A stretch of DNA of 64,000 nucleotides from an uncultured Candidatus Poseidoniales archaeon (GTDB lineage Archaea; Thermoplasmatota; Poseidoniia; Poseidoniales; Thalassarchaeaceae), in contig CAYFFQ010000002.1 of NCBI GenBank assembly GCA_964342465.1, forward strand, positions 62,557-126,556, read 5' to 3'. Of the stretch, positions 56,805 to 64,000 are shown piece by piece (positions within the stretch are counted from its first letter, which is position 1; the number at the start of each line of letters is the position of its first letter). Below the pieces are notes generated by a model. The model worked only from the letters and a program-made list of their open reading frames with translations, was not told the DNA's origin and searched no databases. The position numbers and the translations under genes are program-made.

Positions 56805-57599
56805 TTACTCACTCAGCCATTCGATTTCACCGTCCACTTCACAGACCTCAGAGATGAACTTCTCCAATCCAAGAATGAATGTGGAATCGAGTATATTTGT
56901 CACTTCATCGAAATAGGCCGTGATGCGAGGCAACTCAAATCCACTTCTTTCCGATATGGCTCGCATGACCTCTTGGCGGTGGTTCTCATCCTCTTTGAAC
57001 TTGGCACCCAACCGACAGAGTTCTGCTTGAAGCACCCTCAATGCTTCAATCGGGGAATCTCTCCTTGCGGCAAAGACTCCGAATACCATCGGAAGACCAG
57101 TGAGGTTCTTCCATTCACTTCCCAAATCCATCAGAACTCTGTTCGGATGCCGCACGGCTTCATCGAGGGCGCGGTCACCGATAAGCAACGCCGCATCACA
57201 TCTCTCAATCATCACGTCGAGGTCCGGTCCCATTTCGATATATTCTGGATGGCAATCCTTCTTGTCCAGTATGAAAGAGAGGAGTTTTCGAGAAGTGGAG
57301 GAGTCTGTGGGAAGAGCAACAGACTCAATCTCCTCAATTGGGAAATCACTGAAGAGCAACACACTTCCGACAGGGCCGTTGGAAGCGATTCCGATTTCTG
57401 GCAGAAGAATTAGTTCTTCTTGATGGAGCGCATAATCCGCGGCAGGAATCGGTGCGACCAAACAGTCATTCTTCAACAGATGTGTGGTCAACCACGCAGG
57501 TGGGGCAGCCAATACTTCCCACTTATCTGACAAGCCGTGGTAGAGAGGGTCACAATTGACGAATGAGACCTTTCCCACCACATCGTACCATTCCCTCAC
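56805..57599 (-). CDS. mqnA: MqnA-like (chorismate dehydratase family; futalosine pathway, PF02621)
   Basis: KVSFVNCDPLYHGL resembles the MqnA (I)SYLN..P(L) signature. Adjacent to the radical-SAM Mqn gene. Confidence 0.55.
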   Translation of the reverse strand: MREWYDVVGKVSFVNCDPLYHGLSDKWEVLAAPPAWLTTHLLKNDCLVAPIPAADYALHQEELILLPEIGIASNGPVGSVLLFSDFPIEEIESVALPTDSSTSRKLLSFILDKKDCHPEYIEMGPDLDVMIERCDAALLIGDRALDEAVRHPNRVLMDLGSEWKNLTGLPMVFGVFAARRDSPIEALRVLQAELCRLGAKFKEDENHRQEVMRAISERSGFELPRITAYFDEVTNILDSTFILGLEKFISEVCEVDGEIEWLSE

Positions 57600-57602
57600 C
57601 TT

Positions 57603-58838
57603 TCACACCTCCTGACGGACAGCCGTGGATGGGTCACTGCCACCTGAGCCGTGCCTCTCTCTTCTAAATGACCGGAATTTGGTGTAGTCGGTATTTCTTT
57701 CAACAGCAAAGCAACCTACTGATTCAATCAAGATGGCTAGTTGCTCATCGAAATCGTCCAGAGAAGTCACAGAACCGGCTGAATGCATGATTTCCTCATG
57801 ACTGACGGTGCCATCGATATCATCGGCACCTGAGAGAAGGGCTAGTGATGCGATTTGGTCACCTATATTCATTCTATAGGCCTTAATGTGAGGGATGTTA
57901 TCTAGCATCAATCGTGAAATGGCAATCGTTTTCAAGACCTCTTCTGATGAGGCGAGCCTAGCTTCGGGAAGTCTGCTGTTATCTGCTAGAAACGGATAGG
58001 GCACAAAGCATTGGAATCCACCTGTTTCGTCCTGTAGTTGACGTAACTTGCAGAGGTGTTCTATGCGCAATTCATCGCTCTCGATGGTTCCAAAAAGCAT
58101 GGTGCAGTTTGAGGGAATGCCCAATTTGTGAGCAGTTCTATGAATATCCAGATAGTCAGAACTCGACTCCTTTCCTCTACATATCACATCACGGACTCCA
58201 TCATCCAGTATTTCTGCACCACCACCCGGTAAAGAATCCAATCCTGCGCCCTTCAATCTTCTGAGGACACTCTCGATGGAGATGTCTGACCTCGCAGATA
58301 GATGTTTTATTTCCACTGCCGACAGTGCTTTGATGGAGATATACGGGAACTCGGCTTTGACCGATTGAAATAGGTCTTCATAGAATGTGATATCCCATTC
58401 TGGGTGTAGGCCACCTACTGTGTGTACTTCGGTGATGAGTCCATCAAATTGGCGCAACCTGTCAAGATATTCCGTCTTACTCAGTTGATAGGCATCAGGC
58501 GCTGATTTACTTCGCCTGAAGGCACAGAATCGGCATGCCAATGTGCATATATTCGTCTGATTGATATGCAGATTACGATTGAAAAAAACCCTTTGGCCAA
58601 AACGGCTCACCTTTACAGAATTGGCTAGCATGGAGAGAGTGGGACCATCACATCGCTGATAAAGGGAAAGAGCATCCTGTCTGGATAACCTCTCTCCATT
58701 CTCCACTTTTTCGATGATTTCTAAGATTTCGGAATCTACATCGTAGAGGTTTGTCAAGGATTCTATCCTGCTCCTCCATTCGGCATTACTGCCGGCATTC
58801 GACCGAGAGGCGAATTCGCTCCATCCCATCGCTGTCAC
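57603..58838 (-). CDS. Radical SAM enzyme of the MqnC/MqnE family (cyclic dehypoxanthine-futalosine or aminofutalosine synthase)
   Basis: The NQTNICTLACRFCAF cluster motif and its size (~410 aa). C and E cannot be told apart by eye. Confidence 0.65.
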   Translation of the reverse strand: MTAMGWSEFASRSNAGSNAEWRSRIESLTNLYDVDSEILEIIEKVENGERLSRQDALSLYQRCDGPTLSMLANSVKVSRFGQRVFFNRNLHINQTNICTLACRFCAFRRSKSAPDAYQLSKTEYLDRLRQFDGLITEVHTVGGLHPEWDITFYEDLFQSVKAEFPYISIKALSAVEIKHLSARSDISIESVLRRLKGAGLDSLPGGGAEILDDGVRDVICRGKESSSDYLDIHRTAHKLGIPSNCTMLFGTIESDELRIEHLCKLRQLQDETGGFQCFVPYPFLADNSRLPEARLASSEEVLKTIAISRLMLDNIPHIKAYRMNIGDQIASLALLSGADDIDGTVSHEEIMHSAGSVTSLDDFDEQLAILIESVGCFAVERNTDYTKFRSFRRERHGSGGSDPSTAVRQEV

Positions 58839-58892
58839 GCACCTCAGGTACTCGGCGGAGCCAAACTGATTTAACGGCTATCAAGAGCAAAG

Positions 58893-61814
58893 TCACGAAT
58901 GTTTACTCCGCAACTTGACCATGAATTTTCTAAATTCCTCAATCCAGAAAACTCCAGATGCAACGACAACAATCATCAGCCAGTCATTGAGAGCCAATGG
59001 TATCGTGGAGAGGAAACTTCCCATCGTTATTCCTACTAAAGGAACCGTGATGAAAGAGCCTTGGACAAATATAATGAGGAAGGCGAGGCTGATGAAGAAG
59101 GAGTAACTGATGAACATATTATTCAACAAACCGAGTTCGAAAGCTGACTTATCGATGCTGCGGCAGTTGACCACATTGAAGAGTTGAAACATGATAAATG
59201 CAGTAAAAGCAACGGTTCGTGCATGGTCAAATTTACCCTCTGCAAATTCAATCCAAACCCCCTCATCACAGTTGCCATCCGCATCGAAGAATTGTGGATT
59301 ATCATCAAGCGTCAGGCCACTGCATGGCTCTGATGTGACCAAACCTCCTCCGGCCAATGAGAATATTGCCAAGGTACCAATCACCATCACTATCCCAAGG
59401 AATCCGATCATCCGTTTATCACTAGGATTGGGTAGTGATTCCCTTAGAGCGCGAGGGGGCTGATTCATGACATCGCCATGCCTCTTCTCAATTCCGAGGG
59501 CGAGGGCAGGGGGGCCGTCCATCAGGATATTGATGACGAGCAGTTGGGTTGCTGTCATGGGAAGCCGCCATCCAAACAGAAACGTGGCTACGATGATAAG
59601 GAGAACAGCCGCGACGTTGGTTGAAATCTGATATCTGACGAAATTGCGAATGTTCAGGTAGATCTTTCTCCCTTCTTCTACAGCATCCACAATGGTGGCG
59701 AAATTGTCGTCCTTCAACACCATGTCTGCTGCTTCTCTCGCAACATCCGTTCCAGCCAGACCCATGGCGATGCCTATGTTTGCCTTCGATAGGGCTGGCG
59801 CATCGTTATCACCGTCACCAGTCATGGCGACTACATGCCCAACCGCTTGCAGACGGGAGACGATTCTCAGTTTCTGGTCTGGTGTGACCCGTGAAAACAT
59901 AACGATTTTGTCGAGTTGAGAATCTAATTCTTCATCGCTCATTTCTCTGAGTTCTTTGCCAGTCACGAATCGCGAATCAGGTTGAATGATGCCGATTTCC
60001 TCGCCAATCGCCATCGCCGTCATCTGTTGGTCGCCGGTTATCATCATCACCTGCACACCTGCCTGCTTACATTTGTCGATGGCGATGGTAACTTCTGGCC
60101 TTGGTGGGTCCATAATGCCTACCAAACCGAGGAAGATTAAACCCGATTCCACAGAAGAAATGTCGTCCATGTCCTCCTCACCACTTAATGGGCGAGCAGT
60201 CAGGGCGATGACCCGCAGAGCCTGTCTTGCCATCCCCAAATTGACTTCTCCGATTCGCATCCGATGCTCGTCACGAATCGGAACGACGCGACCGCGATGT
60301 ACAACATGGCTGATTCTCGAGAGATAGGGGCCGATGGCACCCTTGGAGAATACCCATCTCTCCCCGTCATATTCGTGAATGGTCGTCATTCTTTTTCTGG
60401 TTCTGTCGAATGTGAACTCCTTGAATCTTGGATGCTGTCTGCGGAAGGAATCTACCGGCTCTAGAACCTTCCAACCAAATACTGCACATGCACTATCGGT
60501 CGGATTTCCAATCGCCTTCCAATCCCCGCCATCCTTTCGGATTGTACTGTTTTGGCAAAGGAGCGAACAAGCTGAGGCGAGTTTGAACCCCCTGTCTACT
60601 TTCAGTTCAGCCATCTCGGTCTCACTGATATGGTTCGTTCCTATTCTCAGACCTCCCTGTGTGGGGTCAAACCCACTTCCGCTCACCGAGTAGACCTCTC
60701 CACCGCAGAAAAAAGACCTTACAGACATCTCGTTGCGAGTCAGGGTTCCGGTCTTGTCGGTGCAGATTATCGTCGCTGAGCCCAATGTCTCAACAACCTT
60801 CATTCGGGCGATGATAGCATTTTTTGCCGACATGTTCTGCATTCCCAATGCGAGAGTGATGACCAAAATAATAGGTAATCCCTCCGGGACGATGGCGACG
60901 AAGATAGCGACAGCAACCAGAAATTGGTCTGCAATGACACCTATCAGCGCATCAGGTTCAGCGCCCTCGAGCAACGCTGCAACGATGTTGAACCCCAATA
61001 GAGACAAGGCTGAGAGGATGGCAACCAAACCGAGAAACTTGCCGAGCGAAGCCAGTTTCACCTCAAGTGGTGTCTTCGGTGTCTCAACCGCAGTCAACCC
61101 AGTGGCGATATCCCCGAGGCGAGTGCTCATCCCTGTCCTGACAACCAATCCAAGGCCACGCCCAGAGGAGACGACTGTCCCCATGAATGCCATGTTCGAC
61201 ATCTCTTGGAGAATGGCCCCTTCTTCACATGGATTCGTATCCTTGTAGACCACATCAGATTCGCCAGTCAGAGATGACTCATCTATTGATAATTGATGGA
61301 CCTCAATCATTCTTACATCAGCGGGTACATTGAGACCCTCTTCCAGCCAGACAATATCACCGGGGACAATATCCTCTGTGGACAACCTGTGTTCCATGCC
61401 ATCTCGCAATACTATGCAATGGCTTACTAGGAGTTTCTTCAGTGACTCCATGGCTTGCTCGGCCTTCTGTTCCTGAATGTAGGAAAAAATCGCGTTCAAT
61501 GAGAGAGCGATACAGATGAAAATTGGGGTACCTATGTCATCTGGGTCCACGACATATGCAATAAGTGCAGCAATCATCAACAGATAGACCATTGGGTCGC
61601 GAAATTGGTCCAGCAATTTCAAGATTTGATGACGCGGTTTTTTCCCCTTCAATACATTCAGTCCGTACTTCTCCTGTCTCTTGGCAGACTCGACTGTGGA
61701 CAAACCCTGTGTCGAAGAAGAGAGAAGAGAGAAGGCATGGTCAATTGAGAGGATGTGCCAATCGGTCACCTCCTCATCTACAGCGGGATTGTCATCGGCT
61801 GTGGTGCCCCCCAT
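58893..61814 (-). CDS. P-type cation-transporting ATPase (type II, Ca2+/Na+,K+-like)
   Basis: Has the TGES-type actuator, CTDKTGTLT phosphorylation motif, MITGD, VAMTGDGDNDAPAL, and 10 TM helices. Confidence 0.9.
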   Translation of the reverse strand: MGGTTADDNPAVDEEVTDWHILSIDHAFSLLSSSTQGLSTVESAKRQEKYGLNVLKGKKPRHQILKLLDQFRDPMVYLLMIAALIAYVVDPDDIGTPIFICIALSLNAIFSYIQEQKAEQAMESLKKLLVSHCIVLRDGMEHRLSTEDIVPGDIVWLEEGLNVPADVRMIEVHQLSIDESSLTGESDVVYKDTNPCEEGAILQEMSNMAFMGTVVSSGRGLGLVVRTGMSTRLGDIATGLTAVETPKTPLEVKLASLGKFLGLVAILSALSLLGFNIVAALLEGAEPDALIGVIADQFLVAVAIFVAIVPEGLPIILVITLALGMQNMSAKNAIIARMKVVETLGSATIICTDKTGTLTRNEMSVRSFFCGGEVYSVSGSGFDPTQGGLRIGTNHISETEMAELKVDRGFKLASACSLLCQNSTIRKDGGDWKAIGNPTDSACAVFGWKVLEPVDSFRRQHPRFKEFTFDRTRKRMTTIHEYDGERWVFSKGAIGPYLSRISHVVHRGRVVPIRDEHRMRIGEVNLGMARQALRVIALTARPLSGEEDMDDISSVESGLIFLGLVGIMDPPRPEVTIAIDKCKQAGVQVMMITGDQQMTAMAIGEEIGIIQPDSRFVTGKELREMSDEELDSQLDKIVMFSRVTPDQKLRIVSRLQAVGHVVAMTGDGDNDAPALSKANIGIAMGLAGTDVAREAADMVLKDDNFATIVDAVEEGRKIYLNIRNFVRYQISTNVAAVLLIIVATFLFGWRLPMTATQLLVINILMDGPPALALGIEKRHGDVMNQPPRALRESLPNPSDKRMIGFLGIVMVIGTLAIFSLAGGGLVTSEPCSGLTLDDNPQFFDADGNCDEGVWIEFAEGKFDHARTVAFTAFIMFQLFNVVNCRSIDKSAFELGLLNNMFISYSFFISLAFLIIFVQGSFITVPLVGITMGSFLSTIPLALNDWLMIVVVASGVFWIEEFRKFMVKLRSKHS

Positions 61815-61924
61815 ACCCTATCGAAGCGGGACAGAATAGGTGTTGTATTTGTAGACGCGGGTTGGGGCATGTATTCTTGTTGATTATAGCGTAGCATTGA
61901 CTAACCAAATGCCGTGCGAGGTGT

Positions 61925-63994
61925 ATGGCCGACTCGCCGTATATCCCTGCCACCACCCATCTTCCCGAGTTGACTAAGAGGGCTCTCGTTCTCGGTATCA
62001 TCCTCGGGGCGTTGATGACCGCCGCCAACACCTACCTCGGTCTTTACATTGGAATGACCGTTTCCGCCTCCATCCCCGCGGCAGTCATGTCGATGCTTCT
62101 ATTGCGCATGTTCAGATTCAAGAATGTCAACATTCTAGAAAACAATGCAGTTCAGACGATGACCTCTGCCGGCGAAAGCCTCGCTGCGGGCGTAATATTC
62201 ACCATGCCTGCTCTGTTGGTGATGGGCAGAGAAATGGATACTCTGACTACATTTATCGTTGCCGTTCTCGGTGGCGTGTTGGGTACCATCTTCACAATCA
62301 CCCTGAGGCGAGTTTTCATCGTTGAAGAAGCACTTCTCTACCCGGAAGGTATCGCCTGCGAGGAAGTTTTAGTGGCTGGAGAAAAGGGTGGCTCACAACT
62401 GGTGGTCATTCTCTACGCGCTCGGCCTAGGTGCACTATACGGGTGGATGGTCAAAGGGTTTGAGTTGACGCAAGCGAAGATAGAGGTGGCCGTCGAAGTC
62501 GTCGGAATGCGATTGTACTCTTCACTTGATTACTCCCTCTCACTGGTAGCAGTAGGCTGGATAGTCGGGTTGAACATCGCCTCATTCATCTTCTTTGGAG
62601 CGGTGCTTGGAGTATTCATTCTCACTCCCATTTACGGGCTGACCTACGGTTGGCCGGTAGACACAGATATTGCGCATGGCTTCAAGACCCTGTGGGCGAC
62701 ACATATCCGCTTCGTCGGTGTTGGGTGTATGGTCGTTGGCGGTCTATGGACATTGGTAGATATGCGCAAAACCATAGCCAGTGGACTGAAGAAAGCCCTT
62801 GGCGCAACCTCTGCTGACAGCGACCTAGACATCATTCGAACTGAGCGTGACATTCCGATGAAATATGCGACTACCGCCCTAGGTGTAATAGCATTTCTCA
62901 CATTCCTCTTCTACTGGTGGAAGACTGGTTCGCTTCTGCTCGCAGTTGTGGGCGCAATCTTCCTGTCGCTGACTGCGTTTTTCTTCTCAGCGGTTGCCGG
63001 CTACATCGCCGGGGTAGTCGGCTCATCCAACTCACCCGTTTCAGGTATGACCATTGCCACCTTGATGGCTACTACATTGGTGGTGTGGTTTGTCGGAGGG
63101 GTGATTCTAGGCATGGAACAGGCCGAATTAATGTATGCTACACTCATCATCGCATCAGTCGTGGCGGTCAATGCTGCCATCGCCGGAGATGTGATGCAGG
63201 ACCTCAAGACCGGCCACCTAGTAGGGGCAACGCCGTGGAAACAGCAGAGTGCAGAACTCATCGGAGTTCTTGTCGGTGCAGTCGTGGCTCCATTGACCCT
63301 GACTGTCCTCAATGAAGCATTCAGAATCACCCCCACATACTGTGCAGCCAATCCACATCCCGACTGGGGTTGTTCCAAAGTGCTTGAAGCACCTCAAGCG
63401 GAGATAATCGGAACTCTCATCGAAGGAATGTTCGGTGGGTCAGTCAACTATCCCATGTTGGGGCTGGGTGTCCTCGTCGCATTCATTATCATAGGGGCGC
63501 GCTGGTTCCTAGGTGGAAACGGTCCAAAACTTCCGATCATGTCAATCGCCATCGGAATGTATCTCCCATTCTATCTCTCGGCGACAATTTTTCTCGGCGG
63601 TATCCTGAACCATCTCGTCTCACGCTCCGCCCACCTGCGAATTGATGGAACTCTCAAGGGAACACCTTCATCCGCTGCTGCTTCTCGTGGCAAGGAACTC
63701 GTCAGTCGTGGTACTCTTCTCTCTGCCGGCCTTATTGCAGGCGAAGCTCTGATGGGGGTTTTGATTGCAGTATTCATCATCGTCGGCATACCCCCCAACG
63801 GCTGGTTATCCTTCCTCGGTACTCTCGGACCGTTCTTTTCAACTCTGTTTTTCCTCTGGTTTTTCGGGGTTTTCACCTGGCTGGTGACGCGCAGTCTGCC
63901 GCTGTCAGGTAGTAGGTTTGGATTGGCCAAAGATTGGTTGGTGGTGGCTTCTGACGGTTTCCGCAGAATAATCGAAAGGGTCAAAGTCCCTTGA
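61925..63994 (+). CDS. OPT-family oligopeptide transporter
   Basis: A polytopic membrane protein. LGLYIGMTVSASIPAAVMSMLLLR and its overall length match the OPT superfamily. Confidence 0.8.
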   Translation: MADSPYIPATTHLPELTKRALVLGIILGALMTAANTYLGLYIGMTVSASIPAAVMSMLLLRMFRFKNVNILENNAVQTMTSAGESLAAGVIFTMPALLVMGREMDTLTTFIVAVLGGVLGTIFTITLRRVFIVEEALLYPEGIACEEVLVAGEKGGSQLVVILYALGLGALYGWMVKGFELTQAKIEVAVEVVGMRLYSSLDYSLSLVAVGWIVGLNIASFIFFGAVLGVFILTPIYGLTYGWPVDTDIAHGFKTLWATHIRFVGVGCMVVGGLWTLVDMRKTIASGLKKALGATSADSDLDIIRTERDIPMKYATTALGVIAFLTFLFYWWKTGSLLLAVVGAIFLSLTAFFFSAVAGYIAGVVGSSNSPVSGMTIATLMATTLVVWFVGGVILGMEQAELMYATLIIASVVAVNAAIAGDVMQDLKTGHLVGATPWKQQSAELIGVLVGAVVAPLTLTVLNEAFRITPTYCAANPHPDWGCSKVLEAPQAEIIGTLIEGMFGGSVNYPMLGLGVLVAFIIIGARWFLGGNGPKLPIMSIAIGMYLPFYLSATIFLGGILNHLVSRSAHLRIDGTLKGTPSSAAASRGKELVSRGTLLSAGLIAGEALMGVLIAVFIIVGIPPNGWLSFLGTLGPFFSTLFFLWFFGVFTWLVTRSLPLSGSRFGLAKDWLVVASDGFRRIIERVKVP

Positions 63995-64000
63995 TTAGTC

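Overview
Reading of the window. This is a 64 kb chromosomal segment, almost certainly archaeal. It carries ribosomal proteins S19e, L39e, L31e and S17e, the PAN proteasome ATPase, primase PriS, Kae1, aMBF1, Tsr3 and a preQ0 (archaeosine precursor) operon. GC content looks near 50%, and GAGGTGA Shine-Dalgarno-like boxes sit 4-6 nt upstream of several starts. The overall picture (large glycosylated surface proteins, a histidine-utilisation pathway, the futalosine pathway) fits a heterotrophic Thermoplasmatota / marine-group-II-like euryarchaeon. That lineage assignment is inference only.

Gene content, in order:
- 3' end of fdhD, then NAD-type formate dehydrogenase FdsB (NuoE-like plus NuoF-like fusion) and FdsA.
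- A zinc-ribbon/TPR protein and a membrane HEAT-repeat protein.
- A PqqD-like (RRE-like) protein with no partner enzyme in the window.
- A 1444-aa glycosylated surface protein with a C-terminal transmembrane helix, a cytoplasmic Pro/Gln/His-rich tail and a terminal zinc ribbon.
- An r-protein cluster: S19e, PDCD5-like protein, L39e, L31e, S17e, and a TrmJ-like SPOUT methyltransferase.
- An RHH–FolE–QueE–QueC–QueD operon, followed by an ABC-2 transporter pair.
- Methylmalonyl-CoA epimerase and methylmalonyl-CoA mutase alpha subunit, SlyD, and Kae1.
- A complete histidine degradation pathway: HutH, HutU, HutI, then a split FTCD (glutamate formimidoyltransferase plus formimidoyl-THF cyclodeaminase), with an aminotransferase.
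- PAN, aMBF1–Tsr3, an ArsC-family protein, MetRS, CNNM/CorC, an RDD membrane protein, PriS, futalosine-pathway genes (MqnA, MqnD, a radical-SAM MqnC/E), a WD40 surface protein, a P-type ATPase and an OPT transporter.
- One tRNA-Val(GAC).

Non-coding signals. The most unusual features lie outside the genes. At least five unrelated intergenic tandem-repeat loci all share a ~61-bp period. Three identical AGTATTA boxes sit at 11-bp spacing in front of the RHH/preQ0 operon. A 30-bp duplication sits at the junction between the two FTCD halves.

No CRISPR array, IS element, integrase or rRNA gene was seen. No classical defence island was recognised. Many ORF-track N-termini are extended by alternative start codons and were trimmed where homology or signal-peptide logic allowed.
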